Assembly (NCBI RefSeq): GCF_059727195.1
Contig: NZ_AP043972.1
Direction: 5' to 3' (one strand)
Length of the DNA stretch: 40,000 bases
Every line of letters starts with the position of its first letter. Within the stretch, counting starts at the first letter, position 1. The notes beneath the pieces are model-generated. The model did no database searches. It was not told where the DNA came from and saw only the letters and a program-made list of their open reading frames with translations. This document shows positions 10,508 through 20,030 of this stretch, one piece after another. The position numbers were made by a program, and so were the translations under genes.

Positions 10508-10528
10508 ACCTAAAGCCTCTTTTTTTTA
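10491..10528 (+). terminator. rho-independent terminator after the lytic transglycosylase gene
   Basis: Stem AGGCTTTAG ... CTAAAGCCT followed directly by CTTTTTTT; stop codon of the gene lies in the loop. Coordinates +/-1. Confidence 0.85.
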
Positions 10529-11158
10529 TATAGTGCAAACACCCATACGTAAAGCTGTTTTGATCAACTCGATACCACTGTGAACATCTAATTTCTTCAT
10601 GATATTGAGTCTATGAGTTTCGACTGTTTTCCTGCTTAACTGCAAGAAATTAGCGATTTCTTTGTTTGTTTTCCCATCAGCTATGAGTTGTAGTATTTCA
10701 GACTCACGATTTGTAAGTTGATTATCAGAGGAATATCTTGAAGATATTTTTTCACAATCCATATGTACACTATCAAAATAAGTGTAACCATTACTAATCG
10801 AATCAATAGCGCGATTTAGTTTCGCCGGATGACTGGTTTTCCATACGCATCCTTTCGCACCGGCTTCAAGCAATTTTATTGAATCAATATACGGCATTTT
10901 TGCTACAAATGTAATAATATGAGCATCTATTTTATGCGATTTAACCCATTTTATGAGTTCGGACCCCATCATTCCACCTGCAAATTCTCCTAAAATAAAT
11001 ATTTGGGCTGCAGATTTGTTACACTCCGCGATAGCTTTCTTCAGATCTTTATAGCCCCCAACAACCTCATATAAATCGGGATAATGTCCGAGAAATCCAA
11101 TTATCCCATCAATCATAAACGGCTGCTGATCTGAAACTACAATTTTAATCTTTCCCAT
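10526..11158 (-). CDS. ygeK: LuxR/FixJ-type orphan response-regulator-like protein with degenerate receiver
   Basis: 210 aa from [13 protein letters not shown]; C-terminal LuxR HTH ([43 protein letters not shown]). Confidence 0.85.
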   Translation of the reverse strand: MGKIKIVVSDQQPFMIDGIIGFLGHYPDLYEVVGGYKDLKKAIAECNKSAAQIFILGEFAGGMMGSELIKWVKSHKIDAHIITFVAKMPYIDSIKLLEAGAKGCVWKTSHPAKLNRAIDSISNGYTYFDSVHMDCEKISSRYSSDNQLTNRESEILQLIADGKTNKEIANFLQLSRKTVETHRLNIMKKLDVHSGIELIKTALRMGVCTI

Positions 11159-11380
11159 ATATTCATCCTGAGTGTAAATGCAATAACGCATTCATTTATA
11201 ATCATCCCTTCCATTATTATTATAAGCAAAATCCAAAGAATACATTGATGAAATAATAATGAAATATAATTAAAAATAAAATTTTTGCGTAAGCAGAATA
11301 ACACCCGTGTTGAAAAATCATTAGGCGTTTAAAATATTAGAATTAGATTATATTCAAGTTATTAAACCGGAGACAGTGAT

Positions 11381-12088
11381 CTATAAGTCCTCTGGATTCG
11401 TCAAATCAGAATTATTCATAGCCAAAGAATCTATTTCACACATTCTTTCAACTAAATAATGTCTGGCATGTTCACAGATTTCATTAACCTTGTCAGGGGA
11501 AAAACAGTGATTGCTAATTAAATATTGCTCACAATTATCCACAAATTCCTGCGGACTAAATTCAGCAATAAATTGATCTGTAAAAAAAATAAAACGTTTG
11601 TCATCATGATATGAAATATGGACATTCCATATTGACTTGTCGACAAAATATGACTCTACTTCAATAGACTTATCTTTGAAACTGGTAGGTATATAGAGAT
11701 TTAAAGGGCCTGATATTGACGGTAATTTTGTTACCCAACTTTCAAAAATTTTGATAAAAACTTCAACTTCCTCTGAAGATTTTAACAATATGCTCTTCAG
11801 ATCGTTTATCATGTTTATTCTGTTTTTTTCTAATTCTGAGCTCAGCAAACTTATCAAGAGTATAAAACTATCCATCACATCAATAATGCCTTTCGCATAG
11901 CCATCATAATAACCTTGAATAACTTTTTCTTCTCTCTTTTCCTCAATACTCTGAATTTTTGCGGTGGTTTCAAGAAGGATCTGTTCTTTTAGAGAAACTA
12001 TTTCTTTCAATCCATCAGAAATTATTCTTTTGATCACAACACCATTTGCAGGAGAGTTTATCAAGCTCATCTCTATTTTTTTTCGCAT
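11381..12088 (-). CDS. ygeM: OrgB-like T3SS stator protein (SctL)
   Basis: Follows and overlaps the OrgA-like gene as in SPI-1 prgHIJK-orgAB; coiled-coil N-terminus. ORF opens at 12151, but internal Met at 12088 or 12070 is a likelier start. Confidence 0.7.
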   Translation of the reverse strand: MRKKIEMSLINSPANGVVIKRIISDGLKEIVSLKEQILLETTAKIQSIEEKREEKVIQGYYDGYAKGIIDVMDSFILLISLLSSELEKNRINMINDLKSILLKSSEEVEVFIKIFESWVTKLPSISGPLNLYIPTSFKDKSIEVESYFVDKSIWNVHISYHDDKRFIFFTDQFIAEFSPQEFVDNCEQYLISNHCFSPDKVNEICEHARHYLVERMCEIDSLAMNNSDLTNPEDL

Positions 12089-12611
12089 AAAATGTAATTC
12101 TCTCCAAAAGAGTAGACGCAAGTGGTAACGGCAATTGTATGTGGTCAACAAAATCAGGAAATAATAAATTAAATCGTTGCTGCATTGCCAACGGTTGTTG
12201 CCTTACATAGGGTAACAACGTTGAAAAACCACATGTGATGATATTCTGATAGTTAACGATACCAGGTTTATATCGTGCCTTTTCATTTATTTCCACCGGT
12301 ATCGCTGATAAATAATTCCTTAGCACTTCAGGAATCTTGTAAAAAAATCCGCGTTCTGCAAACCTTTCTCGATAAAAGTGACAACCACTGAGTAAACAGA
12401 TCAATGGAAATAATTTCCAATTGTTTATGTAGTAAATAAGTGAACTATTCAGACTGAAATGCTCAACTGAAAGATTGTACTGTAGGAGTATCATTTCATT
12501 GGTAATAGATCTAAGTACCGGATTGCTAATACGTGCATTATTCAAACTTACTCGTTGAGGATGAATATAACTAATTGGATCATATATAATCTTTCTTAGG
12601 GCAAGATTCAT
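12015..12611 (-). CDS. ygeN: OrgA-like T3SS protein (SctK)
   Basis: 198-aa ORF immediately downstream of the PrgK-like gene, same order as SPI-1; intact here. Confidence 0.72.
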   Translation of the reverse strand: MNLALRKIIYDPISYIHPQRVSLNNARISNPVLRSITNEMILLQYNLSVEHFSLNSSLIYYINNWKLFPLICLLSGCHFYRERFAERGFFYKIPEVLRNYLSAIPVEINEKARYKPGIVNYQNIITCGFSTLLPYVRQQPLAMQQRFNLLFPDFVDHIQLPLPLASTLLERITFYAKKNRDELDKLSCKWCCDQKNNF

Positions 12612-12626
12612 AACGTTCTCATATGT

Positions 12627-13361
12627 CTACTTATTTTTTAACCTGATTAAATTAGTTAGAATAGCCCTGTACTTCCATAACAGCCAGCAAGTCGCAATGG
12701 ACATTAATGCAAGTAAGATAGAAACCGGCATAGTCTTATCATAAGCAAAAATAGGTTCGTTAATTTCATATGTTGGTGCTTGTTCAATAATATCTCTTCG
12801 TTTTGACAATACGACTGAAATATTCTCATATTGTACGCTTGCAAAGCTATTAACAATAAATCTCTTAATGTCATTTATTTTTATTTCTGGATTGATATCT
12901 TTTTCATATACAGCAAGTACAGAAATATGAATTGGTAAAGCAGTTTTGCCACTATCACCTGTATCAACATCGTAACTAACATGTACTCTTGAAGAAACAA
13001 TGCCATCCATAATTTTGAGAGATTGCTCTAAACGCTGTTCAATAGCAGAATACAATCTTGCTTTTTCCGCTCGTGGAGAGGAAACGAGTGCATCTGCAGG
13101 GAACATCTGCGATATTTGAATATCAGGCTTACCCGGGAGATTGTAGATTTTTAGCCAATCCACCGCAGAAGCAAAATCCGTTGGTTCTACATAGATTGAA
13201 AATCCAGTTTTGCCTTGATCCTTCTTCTCAGCATTAATATTATGTCTTTGTAAAACAGCAAGGACATCATTAGCTTGCTGTTGATCAAGATGGTTCAGTA
13301 ATTCCTGCTGCTTGCAACCGCACAACAGCAGGATAAACAAGAATAATGATATATATTTCAT
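12627..13361 (-). CDS. eprK: PrgK/MxiJ-like T3SS inner-ring lipoprotein (SctJ)
   Basis: 244 aa; lipobox LLLCGC; YscJ/FliF motifs (ELLNHLDQQQANDVLAVLQRHNINAEK; RVHVSYDVDTGDSGKTALPIHISVLAVY); C-terminal TM segment. Confidence 0.92.
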   Translation of the reverse strand: MKYISLFLFILLLCGCKQQELLNHLDQQQANDVLAVLQRHNINAEKKDQGKTGFSIYVEPTDFASAVDWLKIYNLPGKPDIQISQMFPADALVSSPRAEKARLYSAIEQRLEQSLKIMDGIVSSRVHVSYDVDTGDSGKTALPIHISVLAVYEKDINPEIKINDIKRFIVNSFASVQYENISVVLSKRRDIIEQAPTYEINEPIFAYDKTMPVSILLALMSIATCWLLWKYRAILTNLIRLKNK

Positions 13362-13690
13362 GAGCGAGTCAACGTCTCAACTGCAGCGACAATTTTTCTT
13401 GCTAATGTTCCCACCAATGAAACCTCGACATTATAATTAAGCACATGATCCTGCAAGACTAATAATTTTTCAGGAGTTAACCCCTTTTTATCAGACCTTA
13501 ATGCTTGTAACGCATTTTGCTGCCAATTTTCAGTTTGTACCGCATAGTTGGCAAAAGCGGAGATCATTTTATCATCCGGGTTATCAAGATTGAGAACCCG
13601 GTCATTTAAATCAATAACTTTCGCTTGCTGTATTTCACGAGCAGCTGATTGCTCAGCTCTATCAATAGGTGGCATATTGCTTGCTGACAT
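13358..13690 (-). CDS. eprJ: PrgJ-like T3SS inner-rod protein (SctI)
   Basis: Start at 13690 (AAGGA RBS); C-terminus LLVLQDHVLNYNVEVSLVGTLARKIVAAVETLTRS is highly PrgJ/MxiI-like. Confidence 0.9.
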   Translation of the reverse strand: MSASNMPPIDRAEQSAAREIQQAKVIDLNDRVLNLDNPDDKMISAFANYAVQTENWQQNALQALRSDKKGLTPEKLLVLQDHVLNYNVEVSLVGTLARKIVAAVETLTRS

Positions 13691-13709
13691 AATAAAATCC
13701 TTATCCAGT

Positions 13710-13949
13710 TTAGCGGAAGTTTTGTATGATTGCCGAATCAAGATCTTTATACGCTTTTACAACGTTAGATTGCGCATTTCGATATAATGTATACTCAGCT
13801 AATGCACTCTGATATTCGGCAAGGAATTTCGGGTCGGAAGGATTGGTTGCTAAATCCTCCAACGCCTTTTCAACTTGTTGGTTCAGATCATCAACGCCCT
13901 GATCAAATTGTTTGCTGATATCCATAATATAACCATTCCAATCTGCCAT
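13710..13949 (-). CDS. eprI: PrgI/MxiH-like T3SS needle protein (SctF)
   Basis: 79 aa ending LAEYTLYRNAQSNVVKAYKDLDSAIIQNFR, near-identical to the PrgI/MxiH C-terminus. Confidence 0.97.
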   Translation of the reverse strand: MADWNGYIMDISKQFDQGVDDLNQQVEKALEDLATNPSDPKFLAEYQSALAEYTLYRNAQSNVVKAYKDLDSAIIQNFR

Positions 13950-13962
13950 AAGTCCTCCTCAA

Positions 13963-15144
13963 TTATTCCTGAAATGTCCACTTGCTACCTTGAGACTTCT
14001 CGAATCGGTTATCTCCGTAGCTAAATGAACTATTATTTGTATCCTGATTTTTCAAATTTACATTAAATCTTACATATTGTTTACCCCATTGTTTATAATA
14101 TTCGTCGACATAGTTATTAATTTTATTTAATTCACTGTCGCTTAACGTACCAATGATATTGAAATATACATTGTTAGCTGTTTTATATTTTTCATAAGAA
14201 AGACCTATTGCCGACAATGTTTCAATTGCCTGACTTTCCAATACATTATCATCTAATACCGCAATACTTATATTGCTGGCATATGGCATAGTTTGCAGTA
14301 ATCCTTTAATAAGATTATCGATTAGTTGCTGTGTGATAGCATTCCGTTGCTTACTCACTGTCAGTCTTGGATTACTGGCATCTAATAGCTGTAGTTTAAA
14401 ATATTGTAGATCTGGGAAATTATCAGCAAGCCATGAAAAAATTCGTATCGATTCATCATCAGGATTTATCACCCGTACTGGCTTTCCTGGTTGATTTTTT
14501 TCCAGTGCTTGTTTGACCCAGACAGCTTCATCCAAACTATTGGTATTGATATAGATGACATGATCCCTACCATATAAAATTTCATAATTTCTATTTTTGT
14601 TTACAAGAATTTTATCGATATGTCTCAGCTGCGGATCATTACTGGCATTAACAATATAAAAAGCTATAAAAATGATAGCAAAAAGAAAAAATAGCGTTAC
14701 ATATTTAAACAGCGTACTTCTAAAGAAATGTTGTCTTGTTGAAGTAATGTTATTTTCAACAATACCTGGTATTGAATACTGCCAAACTTCATTTTTTACT
14801 TTTACAGCAAATTTGAGGCCTAAAACTTCTATTTGCTGATTCAATGTTAACGTTCTATCTTCAGGTTCTTGTGCTGTTAATTCTCTGATTGTTACAACCA
14901 GATCAGGGTCGGTAGTGATTATTACCTCAAAACTGCCTGTAAGCTCTCCATAAGGAATGACTATCGTATTCTCTGGTAACTCAGAAAAAGAATCACTTCT
15001 TCCTAACGAAACATCATTACCAACGATAACGAGTACACGCCCATTAAGTATTTCATACTCGCATCCATTCAATGGTCCGCTCAATAAACGAATGGCATAA
15101 GATTCCAATAAGTCTTGTGATAAGAATTTATCATTATTTTCCAT
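13963..15144 (-). CDS. eprH: PrgH-like T3SS inner-membrane ring protein (SctD)
   Basis: About 393 aa with central TM segment (YVTLFFLFAIIFIAFYIV), first gene of the prgHIJK-orgAB-like operon. Confidence 0.9.
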   Translation of the reverse strand: MENNDKFLSQDLLESYAIRLLSGPLNGCEYEILNGRVLVIVGNDVSLGRSDSFSELPENTIVIPYGELTGSFEVIITTDPDLVVTIRELTAQEPEDRTLTLNQQIEVLGLKFAVKVKNEVWQYSIPGIVENNITSTRQHFFRSTLFKYVTLFFLFAIIFIAFYIVNASNDPQLRHIDKILVNKNRNYEILYGRDHVIYINTNSLDEAVWVKQALEKNQPGKPVRVINPDDESIRIFSWLADNFPDLQYFKLQLLDASNPRLTVSKQRNAITQQLIDNLIKGLLQTMPYASNISIAVLDDNVLESQAIETLSAIGLSYEKYKTANNVYFNIIGTLSDSELNKINNYVDEYYKQWGKQYVRFNVNLKNQDTNNSSFSYGDNRFEKSQGSKWTFQE

Positions 15145-15402
15145 GAATACCACCCGCTAATTCCATAAGCTCTAGTTTAGAGTAGTGTAACAAGACGGAA
15201 ATTTCATGACCAAATTATGATGACACACAATAAAAAGATTATAATTTTCGAGAACCATTTTAAATGCCTACATACATAACTTTATTTGCAATTTAAGGTA
15301 TACACCCTATTCCCTCATTGATATGCAAATATAACAATTACCATTATTTTAAATTTTACACGTAATATTTACCCTAAATGATTTTAGAGTGCAGGTTGGC
15401 AT

Positions 15403-15903
15403 ATGCAAGTCTTTTCCAGTGATGTCTACTTCACTGTAGGCACTAATGCATTATTAGCATCCCAAAAGGAATATTACAGCGATTTGGTTGCGTTGGTTGA
15501 TCTTGGACATTCGTTCGTTGTTATTGATGAGCACCAACATCGAAATCTCAAACCAAATACAGAACCTGTAAACACCCTTTTGAGCAACAATTTCATCAGG
15601 ATCAATAAGAATATTACATTATCTGATTTAACGCATTTCCTGGTTTCGAATCTTCATACACAAAATGTGTATTCCACTCAAGAACCACTTACCCATGATG
15701 AGATAGATATCCTGCGGTTATGTGTTTCTTATTCGTTAAAACAAATAGCCATTATCAAAGGAATTGATTATAAAACAGTATCATATCACAAAATAAGAGC
15801 CCTAAATAAACTTAACATAAAAGGTACTGTTGAGTTGTTTATAGCACTCTGTGAATGGGATAAACATTATTTTAAACTCCAATCTTGCATAAGAGAAAGT
15901 TGA
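15403..15903 (+). CDS. etrA: LuxR-type HTH regulator, EtrA/SprB-like
   Basis: 166 aa; C-terminal HTH (LTHDEIDILRLCVSYSLKQIAIIKGIDYKTVSYHKIRALNKLNI); divergent from eprH, where etrA is expected in ETT2. Confidence 0.7.
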   Translation: MQVFSSDVYFTVGTNALLASQKEYYSDLVALVDLGHSFVVIDEHQHRNLKPNTEPVNTLLSNNFIRINKNITLSDLTHFLVSNLHTQNVYSTQEPLTHDEIDILRLCVSYSLKQIAIIKGIDYKTVSYHKIRALNKLNIKGTVELFIALCEWDKHYFKLQSCIRES

Positions 15904-15904
15904 T

Positions 15905-16198
15905 ATGTCATTAGTAAGATATAATAGTAAAATCATAATAACTGTAGCGCTGATATCGTTGCTCTCTGCATGCACCAGAGAAAATTCATTAAAGGATACT
16001 CAGAATAAAAGAAGTGGCGAATCTCAAGCGATAGTAGATGCAAGACAGTTCTTTAGCGAACACCCGGAATATATATCATCAGCAGAACTAGAGCAGAAGC
16101 TATATCGCGAATTTGCGCAGGTTACTACTGTTCCAGCTTATAAAGAGATGAGTATGTATCAATTGCTTGTCATTTCGCAAGATCGTTTAACACATTAA
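15905..16198 (+). CDS. small lipoprotein, InvH-like T3SS pilotin candidate
   Basis: 97 aa; signal peptide with lipobox LLSAC; C-terminal ARQFFSEHPEYISSAELEQKLYREFAQV...YKEMSMYQLLVISQDRL resembles the InvH C-terminus; starts 1 nt after the etrA stop. Confidence 0.72.
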   Translation: MSLVRYNSKIIITVALISLLSACTRENSLKDTQNKRSGESQAIVDARQFFSEHPEYISSAELEQKLYREFAQVTTVPAYKEMSMYQLLVISQDRLTH

Positions 16199-16267
16199 AT
16201 AAGAATCTACACGCTTTTTGCGTGTAGATTCTTATAAATTTCCGACTATGATAGATGTTTAATTTTT

Positions 16268-17380
16268 TTAATTATTGTCTTTATTCTCGCTTTTTGTGTC
16301 TTCACCTTCTTTGAATTTATCTTCTGAGGGGAGCAGTTCATCTGGAACAGGTTGTCCAGCATTCTCCACATCTTCAAGCCACAGCAGAAGACGCAAGATC
16401 TCATCTATATTTTCGAAGCTAACATAATCGTAGCGACGATGGGTAGCATAAATTTTTCGTGCTAATTTTTTATCTGTAATAATTGGTATTCCGATTTCCT
16501 TTGCATATTTCCTTACGGCTAATGCTACCTCATTAGTTTCTCTCACAGAAATCAATGGTATAGGTGAAAGATGTGGCTTAAAGTATATCCCTATGGCAAT
16601 GTGCGTAGGGTTGGCAATCATCAGACGGCTATTACTGACATCAGATTTCAATTGCTCTGACAGAATTTCTTGATGGCGTTCTCTGCGTTTAGACTTAATT
16701 TCTGGATTTCCTTCTTGTTCCTTGTATTCTCTTTTAACTTCTTGTTTATCCATTTTCATATCTTTCATAAATAAAAAATACTCAGCGATAAAATCAAATA
16801 TTAGAACAATTATCATACTGCCGAGACAATATAGTATGAGAAGGAACAGCATCTCTCCCCAATCTGATAATAAAGAAATGATATCTCCATCAAGAGTTTT
16901 AAAAAGCAGTGATTTATGGTTACTCCAAAATAATTTGATCGCCAATGCAAAAAAAATAATATAAAGTATTGCTTTAACAAATTCTTTTACGGTTTTTAAG
17001 CCAAATATACGTTTTAAGCCATTTACTGGATTTAATGAATCAAACTTAAACTTAATAGCTTCAGTTGCTAATTGCATTTTACTTTGAAACCATGAAACAA
17101 GTAGTGTTGTAAACATACAAACCAGCAAAAAAGGAATGATCGTTTTCAACCAACCTATCCCCATAGCTTTAAAATAGTCCCAAATATCCGGTTTAGCGTT
17201 ATGATCAAGGATGTATTCAAGAATCGACATAATGTGATGCACATCAAATACATATCCAAGATATAAAGTACCCACAAGCATTATTACAGAGACTGTTAAG
17301 TCTCTACTTTTTAGAATTTGACCTTTTTTAGAAGCATCCTGGAGTTTCTTTTGTGTTGGCTTTTCAGTTTTATTTGCCAT
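16268..17380 (-). CDS. epaS: T3SS export gate/switch protein (SctU, SpaS-like)
   Basis: 370 aa; four TM segments, autocleavage site NPTH (SRLMIANPTHIAIGIYFKP). Confidence 0.95.
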   Translation of the reverse strand: MANKTEKPTQKKLQDASKKGQILKSRDLTVSVIMLVGTLYLGYVFDVHHIMSILEYILDHNAKPDIWDYFKAMGIGWLKTIIPFLLVCMFTTLLVSWFQSKMQLATEAIKFKFDSLNPVNGLKRIFGLKTVKEFVKAILYIIFFALAIKLFWSNHKSLLFKTLDGDIISLLSDWGEMLFLLILYCLGSMIIVLIFDFIAEYFLFMKDMKMDKQEVKREYKEQEGNPEIKSKRRERHQEILSEQLKSDVSNSRLMIANPTHIAIGIYFKPHLSPIPLISVRETNEVALAVRKYAKEIGIPIITDKKLARKIYATHRRYDYVSFENIDEILRLLLWLEDVENAGQPVPDELLPSEDKFKEGEDTKSENKDNN

Positions 17381-17388
17381 GAAACACT

Positions 17389-18156
17389 CTATTTATCAAT
17401 GTATAATTGCAATTGTTCTGGGAAAAAGGATAACGGCATAACTCGTTCAGCCAGTATTGGGCCAAAATAAATAATTAATATTAAAAATGCCAGCGCACTT
17501 TTGACAGTCAGTGAGATGGCAAAAGCATTTAGTTGTGAAGCATAACGTGCCAGCAATCCCAGGACAGCTTCACCGCCCAGCATAACCGCAATCACGGGGC
17601 TTGCGTAAACGATAGTATGAGTCATTATATTATTAATATATGAGAATAAAGGCTCTAATTTAGGAAAATTAAAATTTCCTGAAGGCCATAAGTTATAACT
17701 TTGCCATAGAGTCTCCAGAATAAAGTTCAATCCACCGTTAGTAAGATAAACTGCTGCAGAGAAAAGGTTAAATAATCTTGCTAATTCCGATGTATCGACA
17801 CCAGTAGCCGGATCCAAAGTACTACTTAACGTTGCACCACGTTGGTTATCGATAAAGCTGCCTATAGCAAGGAAAATCCAAAATGGGGATGCTAATAAGC
17901 AAGCAATAAACAACCCTATGATAATTTCTCTGGCAGCAAACAAAGCGATATCTATTTCATTTAGGGTAGATAATTCATAGTGGTAATGCTGAACTAATGC
18001 ACATGATACCACTATTATTATTGGATGACGGACTACTGTTGGTATATTCCCACTGGCGAAAAATGGTAACAAATAGAAAGTTGGTGCCAATCGGCAAAAA
18101 CCGAGCGCTGTAGCAGCCAGCAGACTATGCAACTGATAGAGCATCGCCTCCCCCAT
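17389..18156 (-). CDS. epaR: T3SS export apparatus protein (SctT, SpaR-like)
   Basis: 255 aa single uninterrupted ORF with FliR/SctT features (FLPFFASGNIPTVVRHPI; AAREIIIGLFIACLLASPFWIFLAIGSFIDNQRG). Confidence 0.94.
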   Translation of the reverse strand: MGEAMLYQLHSLLAATALGFCRLAPTFYLLPFFASGNIPTVVRHPIIIVVSCALVQHYHYELSTLNEIDIALFAAREIIIGLFIACLLASPFWIFLAIGSFIDNQRGATLSSTLDPATGVDTSELARLFNLFSAAVYLTNGGLNFILETLWQSYNLWPSGNFNFPKLEPLFSYINNIMTHTIVYASPVIAVMLGGEAVLGLLARYASQLNAFAISLTVKSALAFLILIIYFGPILAERVMPLSFFPEQLQLYIDK

Positions 18157-18157
18157 G

Positions 18158-18418
18158 CTATCCTCTCGCGAATGCTAAATTCAGCATTTCGATACCAAAC
18201 GAATATAATTTTTCACCATACCATCCGCTCATTAAAAAAAAGCAAATACTTACGCACAATAATTTGACGCCAAATGGCAACGTCTGTTCTTGCAACTGTG
18301 TTACCGTTTGAAAAAGCCCTACCAATAAACCAACAAATGTCGCAACTGCAATAGGTCCTGCAGACATAACTAAAATCAGATACAGCGCCCTATTCCCCGC
18401 AAAAACAATGTCGTCCAT
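18158..18418 (-). CDS. epaQ: T3SS export apparatus protein (SctS, SpaQ-like)
   Basis: 86 aa FliQ-family ([34 protein letters not shown]). Confidence 0.95.
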   Translation of the reverse strand: MDDIVFAGNRALYLILVMSAGPIAVATFVGLLVGLFQTVTQLQEQTLPFGVKLLCVSICFFLMSGWYGEKLYSFGIEMLNLAFARG

Positions 18419-18427
18419 ATTTTTTCC

Positions 18428-19093
18428 TCAGGGATTAATGGATAGGTCAAAATATTGTAAAATGAGTCCTTTCGATAACATTGTCCAACCGTCCATCGCG
18501 ACAAACAGAATTAATTTTATCGGTGTAGATATGGTTACCGGACTCATCATCATCATACCTAACGTTAACAGAACGCTGGATATAACCAGATCAACTACAA
18601 CAAAGGGTAAATAAATATAAAAACCTATAATAAATGTACTTTTTATCTCACTCAACGCATATGCCGGGAGTAACGAGAAAATTGAAATATTATCATCATC
18701 GATTATCTCTTCATTGTCTTCAGAACTATTCACCTTCTGAATCTTTTCAAAAAAGCTAACCAACTCCGGTTCAGAATATTTTATCAAATATGATTTATAA
18801 CCACTCATGCCTGTCTCAACAAAATTAACAACCGACGCAACATTATTGAATGAAAGATTCTCATTCTGACTGTTATTATATATTTCCTTCCCAACCGGCA
18901 TCATTACGAACATTGACAATAGCAAAGCTACCCCATTAAGTGTCATATTTGATGGCACTTGCTGAAGTCCCAAAGCGTTTCGTACAATAACAAAAACAAT
19001 CGAGAATTTAATAAAACATGTCCCGGATGCTATTATAAACGGTAATAGTGTAAATAATGATAATATCGCTATCAGCGAAATGCTATTTGACAT
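18428..19093 (-). CDS. epaP: T3SS export apparatus protein (SctR, SpaP-like)
   Basis: 221 aa FliP-family (FIKFSIVFVIVRNALGLQQVPSNMTLNGVALLLSMFVMMP; FIIGFYIYLPFVVVDLVISSVLLTLGMMMMSP). Confidence 0.96.
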   Translation of the reverse strand: MSNSISLIAILSLFTLLPFIIASGTCFIKFSIVFVIVRNALGLQQVPSNMTLNGVALLLSMFVMMPVGKEIYNNSQNENLSFNNVASVVNFVETGMSGYKSYLIKYSEPELVSFFEKIQKVNSSEDNEEIIDDDNISIFSLLPAYALSEIKSTFIIGFYIYLPFVVVDLVISSVLLTLGMMMMSPVTISTPIKLILFVAMDGWTMLSKGLILQYFDLSINP

Positions 19094-20030
19094 TATTATT
19101 CCCTGATAACCAAGAATGAATTTCTACGCCCAATTTATCATCCACTTCAACAAGTTCGCCATAGCCAGTTAGCGCGCCATTTACACGTATTTCTATATTT
19201 TTCTCCGCTTCAGGAAGCAAAGATATAATTCTTTTTGCACAGAGATCATCTATTTCATATAGATTCATTATTTTCTTTCCAAGAACAAACTCAATTTTTA
19301 CAGGCAAGTCTTCAAAACTATTAATCTGCTGATAGTCATTTTCATCATTAATCTCGATTTCGCTTTTTTTGATATCAAAGTCATCTGTTTCAAAATCTTC
19401 CTCGTACTCAAAATGATCAACCATTTTTAACTCCTCTGGATAAATTAAATCACAAATCTTTGTATTATAAATAACCGCATAAGCAAAATTATTTGAAATT
19501 AATAAAACATCACCAACTTCAATATCAACAATGGTTCTATAACATGTTTTACTAAATCCAATTACAAAATGAATGGGCCAATATAATGATTTTTTGTCTA
19601 GCGTTGGAGCGTTTTCGTATTGGCAGACTGTGACTTTATCTAACCAAATATTTAATTCCCCTGTCCATATTCTTATCAGTGGTTGAGCTGGACTCAATAC
19701 TCCATCAAATACTTTACCGACACACAAACGATTATATTTTAGTTCAGGATACTTTAGATTTAACGGGATACTAGATAAACTGAGCCATTCCCCTATTAAC
19801 CTTTCCGTTTCTGGCATTAAAGCCATCCCAGCGAGCTCGGCAGAAATTAAGGGAAATAACTCTCGAAGTAACACCCATCCAGACCAGCTGCCGCTCTCTT
19901 CTGCTATCGGTAGCCATTTGGCGCTAAATTCGGGCATTAATAACGCAACATCTTCGCCCTTTTCTTTCCAATTTTGAAAAGTGGTTTCAAAGGAATGAGT
20001 GTTTCCATTTACTTTTCTCAGACCGAACAT
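19083..20030 (-). CDS. epaO: T3SS C-ring/sorting platform protein (SctQ, SpaO-like)
   Basis: 315-aa full-length ORF with C-terminal SpoA-like domain (LPVKIEFVLGKKIMNLYEIDDLCAKRIISLLPEAEKNIEIRVNGALTGYGELVEVDDKLGVEI). Confidence 0.92.
   Translation of the reverse strand: MFGLRKVNGNTHSFETTFQNWKEKGEDVALLMPEFSAKWLPIAEESGSWSGWVLLRELFPLISAELAGMALMPETERLIGEWLSLSSIPLNLKYPELKYNRLCVGKVFDGVLSPAQPLIRIWTGELNIWLDKVTVCQYENAPTLDKKSLYWPIHFVIGFSKTCYRTIVDIEVGDVLLISNNFAYAVIYNTKICDLIYPEELKMVDHFEYEEDFETDDFDIKKSEIEINDENDYQQINSFEDLPVKIEFVLGKKIMNLYEIDDLCAKRIISLLPEAEKNIEIRVNGALTGYGELVEVDDKLGVEIHSWLSGNNNVK

Noticed and set aside
13548-13787. 79-aa plus-strand ORF antisense to eprJ/eprI
   Set aside because: Shadow of strongly supported needle and rod genes.
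19083-20030. Possible internal translation start producing a short C-terminal SctQ isoform in epaO
   Set aside because: Known for SctQ homologues, but no in-frame ATG/GTG with a clear RBS could be identified ahead of the C-terminal SpoA-like domain.
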